Below, piece after piece: positions 12,012 through 23,777 of a stretch of DNA of 64,000 nt; within the stretch, counting starts at the first letter, position 1, and each line of letters begins with the position of its first letter. The position numbers were made by a program, and so were the translations under genes. Source of the stretch: Fimbriosthenelais zetlandica (taxonomy: Eukaryota). Under the pieces are notes generated by a model. That model saw nothing but the letters and a program-made list of their open reading frames with translations. It ran no database searches and was not told the origin of the DNA. The DNA lies in NCBI GenBank assembly GCA_977030845.1, contig OZ365109.1:18662001-18726000 (forward strand), written 5' to 3'.

Positions 12012-12966
12012 CTAATTATACTTTACAAGGCTTCGTACAATGCAAACATTTGCAAATGCAAAATTATTGCTCCACGACAGTGTCGTTGGTTTTGTACAAT
12101 CGGCCCCTGATCTATTGGGTAGAAACGGGAGCATATAGGCCTACAGGCGAAGTTGATACATACACCTGGTTTCTTTTGGCGTGGGCATGGGCTTTTTCGG
12201 CCTACTGTATAGCCATAGGTCCAGTGATGGGTTTTCTTCCAAATATAACTTGGTGGTATCATATTTTAGACGGTATTGTTCTCTGTGTTCTCCTTTTCTC
12301 AGAGAACCTTTGATGCGCCCTTGGATGTAGACATAATCTTTGGTGAAACTATAATGTTTAGTATATATTATAACTTTAAGGCGAGGGTGTTGGAGGTGGG
12401 TGTAGGGGCCGTCGGGTTGGAGGGGGAATTTCTCTTTTGTAGCAGGGATGGGTGACGGACTGGTTTTCCCTATACAAAATAACAGGAAATCAGAAAATTG
12501 TGTTATTTTTTTTTTAATTTTTCAGTAAGTTAGTTTCATTTACAAAAAAAGTCCAAATATATTGCTGGATTATGGAGCATCGTATTGAGTTCGCTCGTGT
12601 AAGCCGACATATAATCAGAGGTAAAATGTGAATTAACGCCATAAATCGCAATTATTATTAGGCACTTCTTGAATTGATAATTTGAGCTCATAAGTTGGAG
12701 ATTTAAGACAAGAGTGAGTCAGTAAATAAGGGCATCTGTATTGGATGTTGTGTTTCTCATGACCCGCACGCCCGTTCCTAATTCCTAAATTACACACTAA
12801 GTCCTGCCTAAGGTAAATTTACCTTAAATCCAAAGGGGGCTCATGAGAAAATAAAACAAAGTTGTTTTCCATTGCATCATAAATTTTTTTTTCTTCTCCA
12901 CCCACCGGCCACATTATTTGTTGTTACCTCGGTCATGAGAAACATTAATAATATGGATGCCCTCAT
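12012..12966 (-). pseudogene. Candidate 3-exon gene or pseudogene (~140 aa, hydrophobic N-terminus); exon 1 needs a 1-nt correction in a homopolymer
   Basis: Exons 12823-12966, 12166-12348 (183 nt, open, phase 2-2, FTKDYVYIQGRIKGSLRKGEHREQYRLKYDTTKLYLEENPSLDLWLYSRP) and 12012-12111 all have GT-AG boundaries. The frame joins only if the A9 run (plus-strand T 12884-12892) is A8. Confidence 0.3.
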
Positions 12967-13229
12967 GGCGGATAGACAAATTCGAACATGAATCCTGCCT
13001 CTTTTCTTCCACTGTTTGGATTATTTTCAATCCAATAGATTTCTCCATTTGAGTCAACATTTGACTTTCTGCTTTTTAATTTCCATAAAAGATTCCTCGC
13101 CCTGTTTTTTTCAGCAATTCAATCCGAGGACAAACAGTCCGCTATGTGGAGGCAGTGGTTACAAGTAACTTGAAAGGAAGCAGTTTTGAAGATCGTACAT
13201 GCATTGAAATTTCTACAATTTATCAAAAT

Positions 13230-13264
13230 ATAATACTATACTCATAATATGAGTATAGTATTAT
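13230..13264. repeat. Perfect AT-rich palindrome (16-bp arms, 3-nt loop)
   Basis: ATAATACTATACTCAT-AAT-ATGAGTATAGTATTAT. Confidence 0.9.
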
Positions 13265-13341
13265 TTTAATCAGCTTTTCCAAAGTCCTATTAAAATACTT
13301 GCTATGCTGATAATGGATGCTCCGTTTTAAGATTCTCCTGT

Positions 13342-16300
13342 CTACAAGCAATTGTTGCATGCGTTCGTCGAAATCCACCCTGCCACATTGTGAACATGGC
13401 AGAAGAGGAACCTTGCTCCAGAATTACAAGGTGGTGCTGTAGTAGCAAACAACAAACCGATTAAGTCGTATCTTTCGTTATTGCAATCGCAATTTCCATT
13501 GCCGTTTCCATTGCAATTTCCGTTCCCCTTTCCTTTTCCATTTCCGTTGAAAAGCCTCACTGCCAGAGATCCCAGATCATGCTATAAACAAAGAGGTGCT
13601 CGGCTTAATTACACTTATAATTCCCCAATTTCTCTTCTACTACTGCTACTGCTACTGCTACTAATACTAATATTTGCCAGTGAGGTCACACTCCAAATGG
13701 ACCAATATAATATGTATAATTATCATGTTTATATTTTTTGAATTCTAAATATTATAACCTTCCCGTTTGATCGTCACAATCATTCCTGGAACTCATTTGT
13801 TTTCAAGAAGAGTGAATGATCCAGACATTTTAAACATAAACGTTTGAATGAAAGAGGTTAATTAAGGTGTTGAAAGACTTAGAACTACTAGGATGTCTTG
13901 ATGTATAGAATTGAAATCTTGAAAAACCTTCATCCCAAAGAGAGACTTGAACTTTCAACCTTCAGATTGAAAAAATCTATGCACTACCAACTGAGCTAGC
14001 AGAGCCTTGAACAACAAAAGCTGTATGGGTGCTTTCATGCTTTCAAATGGATTGGCTTTCATGATAGGCGGCTGCCAGTTCAGGTGTGCGATCTGTTTTC
14101 TTGGTATAATATTTTATAATTGTCATTTATTTAAAGAAGTTGAAATATTCCAATTTCATTGAACTTTTCAAGAAAGTTATATGTGGTCCTAGGGTGTATG
14201 TACTAAATAGAATAAAGAACTTATCCCTTAGAGCAGAGTACCTGTACAGGATATAGAGTACGAGCCAAAGGTTTGCATTCTGTATGCCCTAGGCTACGTA
14301 GACCTCCTTCACCATGTTCGCGAGACTCAAGATCAGGCTGAGTCAGGACGCTCGCCTGGATGGCCATATTCAAAACCATGAACCTTTGGCCATATTCAAA
14401 ATAATATCACTTACCACACATGGACTGAATGACGATACCATTTGAGCACAGAAGAAATCAGGTACTGGAGGTGTTCCAGCTCCAGGACCGAGTCCATTAC
14501 ACTGCTCAATAGGAACTTGTTCCATTCGTACTTTGAACAAATTCCCTCCATCTGTCAAAGGCAATATTGAAACATGAGAAACTCTTAAGCAATGGAGCTA
14601 AATCTTATCAATAATTTCCTATTTATAATGCCAGCCAATAAGTGTTCACCGCCCCACCCCCTACCGCGAACCACCCAAGGACTAGATAATTCCCCAGGGC
14701 TGGGTTTTTCAGATCTTGTAAAACCATGGGTCTGTTGTCATATCCCCCTGCTGGACCCTGGAGCCCTGTTTCGAAAGGAATATTAGCAATGCTAAGTCTA
14801 TGGCTAATATTTGTTTTGAAACATGCTCCTGGTCAACGGGAAGGGGGCACGGGTCCAAAACATGAAATACATGTCCAAACATTGGTCAAGTTATATAACT
14901 TACCATAGCCATTAACATCAAACTGTTCATTGTCAGCAATGGGATCCTGAGGCAGATCCACAAAGGGACATTTGCCAGCCGGAAAAAAAGTGGAGTTGAA
15001 TCCACTGAGGGTCAGAAGAGCATAATCGTTGGGTAGATTATTGACGCCTGAAACTACGGACGCCTGTGGTCCCGATCCTGTAAGACATGTGTCATACCTG
15101 TCAAAATGAAAAGTATGACAAAGAACTGACCAAGGCTTTTATTACCCACTGATATTGTGCGTTACTTTGCATGCACAAAATAAGACCTAATGCAGCATTA
15201 GACCTAGATATTGTGAACCGTAGGCCTAACTTATAATTTTTATTAAGTAATCGGTATAAAGTTATTTTCCTAGTTCTGACCTTAGATACTTGATTTTACC
15301 ACAAATTATAGCTGGCAGATCTCTCAGTAGGGAGAAATCAATTCCCATATCTAAACATGATCAAGTCCTCCCAGCTAAAGACATCTTTTAGCAAATATGT
15401 TGTAAGGGTAAATCGACACACCTCGCCTTCGAAGACCTATAGTTGACTACTTTGCAGACAGCCTTGACAAATGCAAAAAACAATACAGTCTTCATGAATA
15501 GACTTCAAAAAAGCTTTTGACGCACTAAACCACGACATACTAATCAAGTAAATTGAAAAGGCTGGTTTCACGGGAACTTCTATAGATTGGTCCCAGAGGT
15601 ATCTAAAAAACCAAATGCAGAGAGTATTTGCCAATAACCACCACTCCAGTGTACTCAATGTCACCACGGGAGTTCCACAAGGTTTTATCTTAGGCCCACT
15701 CCTATTCCTAATTTACATAAATGATCTACCTGCACGCACTACCCAACATCAACACACAGCTCTATGCTGACAACACAGTAATACATACTGGTACCACAAA
15801 GACCGAGATGTGAAGAAGACTAAACTAATGACAATTACATGAGGAAAAGCCTACAAGTATATTCAAATCAACAGTCCTACCATTGTTGGACTACAACTCG
15901 CGCATTTACCAATTTGCTAATGAACAACAGAAACAAAAACTAGAATGGCTACAGAAACGGGGCGATAGGATTTTTGCCATGCGGACAAATATGACAGCCT
16001 AACAGATCTTTTAAGAAAAAAACAAACTTAATTGGGCTGACTCCACTATAATCCAGAGGAGACTAAAGCCTGGATTCCACCTATCAGATTATCGGGTCAA
16101 AATTGATCGGATCAGATTTTTTGTAGGCAAAAAGTCCTACAGTAAATATTGCCAACCTTACCTTACTCCTAAATTGTTCCACAAATTGCCGCTCCCTTGG
16201 ACGTTAAAAGCACAGGATGCCTTAGTCAGCACAACGTCTTCGCATAACAGTGCCCCTGTACATCGATGGCTGTTGCCCCTTCTCACTGACACAGCCCATG

Positions 16301-17588
16301 GAAAGTAGTCGTCACTTGTGTTGGGGCAGGAGATACACTCCTGGCATTCGCCGTCTGTTTCAAAAATAAAACTATATAGAGAGGCAATATCTAAGTTTAC
16401 AGTATAAAAAGAATGTTTTGATGATCTTGAAGTGGGTATGACTGCTAGTAATTGAATAAAGATGAAGAAAGGCTTTATTATTATTAGGGGAGGGGAGTTA
16501 GCTCATAAAAGGCGATTGACCAATGCTCGAAGGGTCGGCGGTTCAATCACCCGAGCTGTCCAAGCATTTCCTTCCTCAGGGTGTTGGTGCGTTGTACATA
16601 CATGTACACGTTCTAGAGCACATGCACCTAGAAATATCCATTGTACAGAAGGCAATGTATACATCATCTATAGATGATTATGCACGTAGATAAAGTGCCC
16701 CCAGCTGAAATCCAGCTGGCTTCATCAATAATATGGCTCTGTAAAAATTCTAACTAAAAAAATAAAATTATGGTAATTATACTTCCAAGCACAGATGAAT
16801 TAAGAGTCATTAAACTTCAAATTATACTGACCCAAGAGATTATTTACCAATTGCAACAATATACGCCTATTGGTTTTTTCCTCGTCAAATATACATAAAT
16901 ATGCGGCTCTCATGAAAGTGAGGCTTGGACATGGTGATATACATGTATAGAAAACCGCCGAGGTTGGGTAGGTTCTTGAAATAAAGTTAACCTCCAAGTC
17001 GAAGTCGAGACATTCCAACAAACATTTCCTCCGATATTTGGAAAATAACCTCAGGAAAAATGACCCAATATTCCTCCTCTAAAGGCGAGGAAAAATATGG
17101 AGGAAAACAAGGAAAAATACTGAGCGCATATACATGTATATAGGATAAGACCCAAAAGCCGCCAACGGAGAGTCTGTTGCAGATTACATTGTGTATTTTG
17201 AAAGTTGGGCGACAGATCAGATGCCGGTAGCTTTTGTCGGCCTTGTGGACAGACCCAGAATTGTGAAGTGCCAGATAGTCTTAGCGGTTGGAACCCCATT
17301 CCCGGCATCCGCAGGGAAGAGCTAATTGTGTACTAAGGTTCAATTTATCCATAGAATAACTGTGGATTGGCCTGGAGTGAACCACCAGCTGACAAGGGAT
17401 GAGGACGGATGTTACATGTGTAATTAATAGGGTTGACCACGTTGACCAAGGAGGGCATAATAGAGTCGAAATTTACATAATGGCCCCGTGACTGGACTTT
17501 TGAACTTACCGTCGCAACAGCCATCAGCAGACGCCTGTAGAGCAAACACAAGGACAATGCCCGAGATGAGCAAAATCTTGGTCTCCAT
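13342..17588 (-). CDS. Uncharacterised secreted cysteine-rich protein, 209 aa, 4 coding exons, with a Gly/Asn-rich insert
   Basis: Exons 17510-17588, 14904-15077, 14415-14551 and 13342-13581 total 630 nt. All introns are GT-AG with GTAAGT donors, phases 1/1/0 match, and there is no internal stop. The N-terminus METKILLISGIVLVFALQASA looks like a signal peptide. The protein has 13 Cys. Confidence 0.8.
13934..14006 (-). pseudogene. Degenerate tRNA-like sequence (tRNA pseudogene or SINE head) in intron 3 of the secreted-protein gene
   Basis: The minus strand reads GGCTCTGCTAGCTCAGTTGGTAGTGCATAG...GGTTGAAAGTTCAAGTCTC, with Pol III A box and B box. The acceptor and anticodon stems are damaged. 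Confidence 0.65.
14758..14832. mobile_element. ~70-bp mini-MITE / hairpin element (family copy 1)
   Basis: Termini GGAGCCCTGTTTCGAAA ... TTTGAAACATGCTCC. The interior aligns with the reverse complement of 21392-21458. Confidence 0.65.
15420..16060 (+). mobile_element. Degenerate CR1/L2-group LINE reverse-transcriptase fragment
   Basis: Translates with stops and frameshifts to DFKKAFDALNHDILI ... TGVPQGFILGPLLFLIYINDLP ... LYADNT, which are RT motifs 3-5. Confidence 0.9.
16495..16765 (+). mobile_element. tRNA-derived SINE (family copy 1)
   Basis: It shares three blocks with the reverse complement of 22507-22765: the B-box region GAAGGGTCGGCGGTTCAATC.CCCGAGCTGTCCAAG, the body ACCTAGAAATATCC and GCCCCCAGCTGAAA, and the tail GGCTCT.T.AAAATTCTAACTAAAAA. 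Confidence 0.8.
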
Positions 17589-18613
17589 TGCAGATTACCC
17601 TTCGAAACGTAGCAGGTTGAGCTTTAACTGTATAGCTGAAATCTGAATAGATTTAAATTTTACTTGTAGGCTATACAATACAATAATTAGTCTATACAAT
17701 AAAATATTTGTGTATTGTTCCTGTGTACAGGTTAAATATGGACACCCGGTGTGGACAGGACTGATGCTTTAAGACTTTGTTATAATTATAAACACAGACT
17801 GGGTGCGCGCTTGCCGTTCGCCGCACGCTGGCCGCTCGCCAAATGTCATGTGGCGAAGACATATATCCTTCTAGAACCCTCTAGATTCAGCACAGTGGCG
17901 AATACCATTTTCTTCATGGCAGAGATAGGGATGTTCAATGTACAGCGCGCCTGTCTCAACTCCCCAGTTATAGTTACAGGTTTCTTCATTAACAACCAAG
18001 CAGCTAATAATGCTGTACTACAATGCCAACGGCTTCCATGAGGCTATCAAAGGCAAAAGAAAGGATGTGACGTACTAAATGTGATACAAGTTGTCTGTAC
18101 CAGAGAGACTGGGTATATCGCGTCCGCCTCAGATAACAATGCGGGATCAAGGTTATTTATAAACGGTTGAAAAGGCTACCCAAAACCCGTGGTAATCCGC
18201 TGGAATTAGCCAACATCAAGGGAAGAAATACACCCCAATTATAATGAGAATGAACAAGAGAGAGGTGGAAATACAAATAAAATGTCTATAATTTAGCCCT
18301 CCTCGTATATATAAATACCCCCAGAGGTTCATGCTGCAAATGGAGACACAATTTGGAATTTTAATGACAGCGCATGGAATAAGAAATAAATAAAATATTA
18401 AATTATATCCAGATATTCCCAGATATATGTTAATCCATTGTGAAAATATAATATTTCAATTTTCTCAAATTTTTCTCCGTTTCTCTTACTAAAAATATCT
18501 AGCAGACTGTGTCTAGCGTATTATTTTATGCATGCAGGTTTTATGTACCAGTGCATGTGCTTCCCACCTCCCCCCGGCCACGCCCGGGCTCAGTTTGGGG
18601 TCAGGGCCAGATA

Positions 18614-18960
18614 GATCAATTATACCAAGTAGTGAAGGGAGATATCTCCTAATCGACCAAGTGAGAAAATAAAATATCCATTAACTTCGATCAATTATGA
18701 CAGAGAGTGGAGGGAGATAGCCCTTAATCGACCATGCAATTGAGAAAGTAAAATATCCACTACCTTAGATCAATTATTACAGGTAGTGGAGGGAGATAGC
18801 CTCTAATCGACTAAGTGAGAAAGTAAAATATCCCCTACCTTAGATAAATTATAACAGATATAGTATAGGACGGAGATCCCTAATCGTTGAAATTAGAAAG
18901 TAAAATATCCATTAACCAAGATCAATTATACACTGTAATAGGTAGTGGGAGATATACATT
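18614..18960. repeat. Diverged tandem repeat, 75-79 bp unit, ~4.5 copies
   Basis: GATCAATTAT...GGAGATA...TAATCG...GAGAAAGTAAAATATCC anchors at 18614, 18689, 18768, 18843 and 18920. Confidence 0.85.
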
Positions 18961-20234
18961 AGCTGCAGAAATGGAAATAGGCCTACATTTTGATGGATTT
19001 TGATAGAGATTGAATAGCACAAATTGTACCCGATGGAACTTTGATAACTTACCTTAAAGAGTCATGCGGAGTATACTTGCGTTTCCGTCTGCGTATTTGG
19101 GGTTTTATACTGATATTTAACATGCATGGTTGAACTCAACCAATGAAAATAATCGGCTGATATTATTTGGATTACATTATGTATTCAAAATTGTCGTTAC
19201 AAAAAAAAACCGTGCGTGGATACCATTTTCGTCATGCATAACAGATCGAGGCCCAAAGATCACTATCAATGTCACTGAATGTGGAATCTGATTTGACGTA
19301 CTTGTGTGACACCACGTGATAATTTTATTCTTATTCTTTATTCATTTTATCCACACCTTTTAAATCTTTTATTTTTTGAATCCTTGAGTGTATATCTCTA
19401 TAGCCAATTTTTGAGTCAGGATCGATCGAGGCACTGGTATGACCGGTAAGAGATCGTAAGATCCTTGGATCTAGGCATACCCAGCAGTGCTCAGCATTTG
19501 GACAGTTTCTAAATAATTTTTTTTAATAAAAATACATGTATTTAAGGGGGCATTTTGGAAATACCAGTTTTCAATTTTTTCTAAAGTGTTTCCATATGAT
19601 ATGGAAGGTGATGAAAAAAGTTGGAAATACCAGTCTGTTCGTGTGTTGATAAATCTAGCTAGAGTTATTAAAATTCCTTAATTTGTGTAGCTCAATTAAC
19701 TTCAACGAAGGTTAAATTAATTAAGAAGATACATATTTAAGAGAAAAACTCAGTAATGGGCCCATAATGCTATATAATTGTTCTGTTTACATTGAGCAAT
19801 CGTACGAACTGAGCCTTCACCTCCTGGGTAGGAAATAAGATGGAAAATATTTGTATTTTTAAAAGGTTTTTATTGTTTGGTTCGCGGATCCTCCGGCACT
19901 AAATTTAACAATTGTAGATAAAATTGTGTTTCCACCATTAACATACCCGCCGACTCTAGATCCAGCCAAAACGGATTTTTAAAATTTCGATTCCGTCCTC
20001 CCAATTTACAAAAGTTCTACATTATACGAAATAAAACCTCTCTGTAGAGTAGTGTTTCCTATGACATGATATAATGGAGGTTTTGTTGGACTGATAGAAA
20101 CATAAATGACTCATATGTACTGGATTTCTTTTCTCCAGAAAGCAAACGATAAAAACAAATTTAATTATCTTGTCATGTCTTCATTAATTATCCTTTTAAG
20201 CAAAACATCCTGTAAGGTATGTTAGTGACTGTTA

Positions 20235-20320
20235 AGCCTGGACTCTACTGCTGCGATTTTGCTTGCGACACCCGTGGTAAGGCTTATGTCACAAAGGTAA
20301 TGCTTATGTCACAATAAAAT
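20235..20320 (+). mobile_element. 5' fragment of the same Harbinger MITE family as 10829-11039
   Basis: AGCCTGGACTCTACTGCTGCGATTTTGCTTGCGACAC is near-identical to 10829-10865 and is preceded by TTA. Confidence 0.8.
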
Positions 20321-21391
20321 TTCTAAAATGTGGTCAAAGTGTCCTAGGCCGTTCTTCACTGGTGCAATTTGTCTTGCGACAAAATCTTCACTGCTATCTT
20401 AATTATAACTATCTTATCTGCTATCTTACATAACTATCGTGATAATTTTTGAACACCTGAACAAAAACAGTTCCTGAGTCAATGTCTAATTTTTGGAACG
20501 GGCTCCTTATAAGCTCCTGTCTACATATTATTTGACCCATGTTTCATGACTTGTGATAATGATGTCGCTGATCACTTTTTTGCCCTTTATTGTCTTTATA
20601 GTTTTTCAAACTCAACTCAGCGACAATTCACAGCGATAAGTATGTCTTTATTCTTGACCATCATGTTTTATGGTAGCTACAGGGTCTGAATCTCCACAGT
20701 CACATCATATCAGTCGTAAAAAATGGGCGAAATATGTGGAATATGTTCCCATGCATGCCAAGGGATATAGCTGTTTAAAATATTCTCCATCATTAGGATT
20801 ATCTAAACAGGACAGGTCCTATCTATGTATTATGCCCCGATTGTAAACACCCCCAGAGAACTACCCCAGAGACTGTCTGAAAATATTTGAATAAATTTAA
20901 ATAATTTAATGAATGACTTTTGGCTCCCCAGTTCACAGATAACCCAACTATCCATGGTCTTCACAGACATTTCCTGCAATTCAACTTCACGGGGTGCCAT
21001 CCAAAGAAAACAAGCCAATAGAACGCCTGATCTCTTTTCCTTTCCCTCGTTAATGGTACGAACACACTAAAAAAAGTCGTGGCGCAATCGCAAAAAAATA
21101 CCACAGAGGTGTGGCCCTGCCACATGGTGGAGATACTCGATATAATATTGTTTAAGGCCTATTTTTTGGCTCCTGAGGAGCATGCATCAATTTCATGTAT
21201 AGGTAAATTCTGAATTAAAACGAACATTGACCATGGATTTAGCCTCTTGAAACCTCACCTCACTAATTCCTCTTGAAACGGGCTCCCGTTCCTCGGTATA
21301 TTAAGTCCCAGTGATTCGGTGGCACTGAGATACAATGTGTATTTTCCCCCTAGAATGTTGCATGCTTAGGTCACACATGTATTACATGTAG

Positions 21392-21458
21392 CAGGAGCCT
21401 GTTTCGAAACGAATATTAGATTTAGCATTGTTAAAATTCCTTTTGAAACAGGCCCCTG
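21392..21458. mobile_element. ~67-bp mini-MITE / hairpin element (family copy 2)
   Basis: CAGGAGCCTGTTTCGAAA ... TTTGAAACAGGCCCCTG are inverted termini; homologous to 14758-14832. Confidence 0.65.
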
Positions 21459-22506
21459 AACTTGAACGTGTGTATGCATAATAATAGCAGCTGAACTGCT
21501 AACTAGAATTAAAGATTAACGAACACGTTTGTCTCAATTTGGGCCAAACACTGACGGACATCTATTCCCAACACTGAGAACAATAAGACCACGAAATATA
21601 ATACCCAGATACAATCTGGGGCTGGGAAATTGAAGAGTGATCAACATGTAATTTTTCGTAGCCTTTGATGATTTCTAATTTGAAGTGTTTAATTATGGTG
21701 TTTACTGTAGGTGGCATATATAATATATTATGTATTCATGAGTTTATAGAAAGAGTGATTGAAGCTTGATGTATTCTAATCTAAAACAATTTCCGTTTCA
21801 GAGGATATATGCATCAAGTGTTTGCGTTTTAAATATTTATACCATGTTCTGTATTATATTCTTCAAATGAGATATACATATAAATAATTTTCTAGATCAG
21901 GTAGGCTACCATGTATGGATTAACTTAATCTTTTACTCTCTCCCATTTACTTTTATTACGTTATAATTGGTCACTAAATCTCTCGGCTCGCTAAATAATG
22001 CACTGATGTTAATCAGGTAGTGACAAGAAAAACCGGTCTAGGCCTGATCCCACTTGTTTGAAACTCTATATACTTTCTTTAAGATTATTAGTCTGCATCT
22101 CTTATGTTTTCGATATTGAGGAGTATGGAAATGTCCACATGGCATTCAGTAACCGAAACATACAAATACTTTATAAGCAATTTCCGTCCCTTTCTGTACA
22201 GTCTTTACTAATTTTCTTTACCAATTATAGGCCTAAATTCGAAACTAATGAGTAGGCTAGCATCATCGTTAAGAAGTTTGTCTAGGCCTATTGATCATCA
22301 TCCAGGCTTATTCAAAGTAAGTCTCCCAACTATTCGTCGCTTTGGCCCAATAAGAATTAGGCCTAATAACCAAAAATGTCCACCTAATTTGTCAAAAGCG
22401 AAGGACGAGAGTACGAGATGGCACTCATGGACCACCATAATATGGTGCATACAACTCTGACATAATATATTATTATAATTAATATAATTGGAGAAGAAAC
22501 AAGCTC

Positions 22507-22765
22507 TTTTTAGTTAGAATTTTCATAGAGCCTGTTATGGGTGAATACCAGCTCACACTCTTGATAACTCAAGTTTCTCGTATGATTTTCAGCTGGGGGC
22601 TCTTTCTATGTGCATTATGGATATTTCTAGGTCCAATGCCTCCCTGTGAGGAGGGAGGCATTGGAAATGCCTTGGACAGCTCGGGGGATTGAACCGCCGA
22701 CCCTTCGATCATAGGTCAACCACCTTTCGTGAGCTAGCGCTCTAACCAACTGAGCATGGAAAGGC
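22507..22765 (-). mobile_element. tRNA-derived SINE (family copy 2)
   Basis: Minus-strand A box GCTCAGTTGGTTAGAGCG and B box GGTTCAATCC; body and tail shared with 16495-16765. Confidence 0.85.
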
Positions 22766-23777
22766 AGGGAATTGCCCTTTATATTATTCAATTACAATCA
22801 GATCATTTTTCCTAATCATGTCGGCCCCCCTTTATGGCAGGCCTTCAGGTCAGAAAATAAAATATGCGTGTTCACTGCACACTGAAACAACAATGTGTTA
22901 CATAGTGGCAGGAATCCGTGAATAATTGTAAAGTTTCCGATTTCAAAAATAAAGGATTCATGGTTTTATATCTGAGGCAACAGGGCGCCATATTGTGCTA
23001 AACTCATTGATGTACAAAGGACAGAAGAAAATGGAAAGGAAAGTGAGAAATACAACGAAATGTTATTCGGATAACTATGTTCATTTATTGCACAAAGCCA
23101 TTAGATCACATGGATAAAGGCACGATTCACCACTACAGCCAAGCAACATTTAATTACAACCAATTTCATGTTCACAACCTGAGGTTTATGATTAATTCCT
23201 TAGTCTAAAACATTAATTGTCAATTCCATTTCAGTGTTTCATTAATTGTGAGGTTTTCTTAATCCTTGCATGCGCAGGTATTCTTGCTGTGGCATACACC
23301 AATGCGGCTTGTATACATCTATTTGGAATATTAATATGTGTTAGTGAAACAACATTTTAAATGTACCAATTTAATGCTCAAAAACAATTATTCCATCTAT
23401 CAGAAGGATATATGAAACAAAGCAGATTCCCTATACTTTTGGAAAGGGGATTCCCCTGAAGTCATTCCCTTGAGGTGTGACATATTCTCCGGACAGTTTT
23501 CATTAATAGAAATTAAGTAAAAGAATATACACAACTTCAACATATTTCGCTAAGCAACTCTTTATCTATACGTTTGAACTCAAATCTCATAAGAAGTAAG
23601 ACATCATACTATATATAGTCCCTATAAACCAATTTGTAGCAAAAATTCGTTGAATACAAAAAAAGAGACATTATGCAGTAAAATAAAGATCACAAAATAC
23701 TTCTGGTATACGTTAACGTACAGGAATTGAATAACCAACGTAAAGAGGCCAAGATACGCGAGTATGAATCACAGACG

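Noticed and set aside
13934-14006. Functional tRNA gene
   Set aside because: The acceptor and anticodon stems do not pair properly; kept only as a tRNA-derived relic.
16900-17430. Plus-strand frame with RHSNKHFLRYL and a separate SFCRPC, suggesting an AID/APOBEC-like pseudogene in intron 1
   Set aside because: There are several stops and the motifs are in different frames or about 105 codons apart. This is not distinguishable from chance.
17751-18041. 96-aa plus-strand ORF upstream of the secreted-protein gene
   Set aside because: Non-ATG start, no recognisable domain and no supporting exon structure.
20690-21018. Protein-like minus-strand fragments (DNPNDGEYFKQLYPLAC...)
   Set aside because: Interrupted by stops and could not be joined or assigned; probably an old TE relic.
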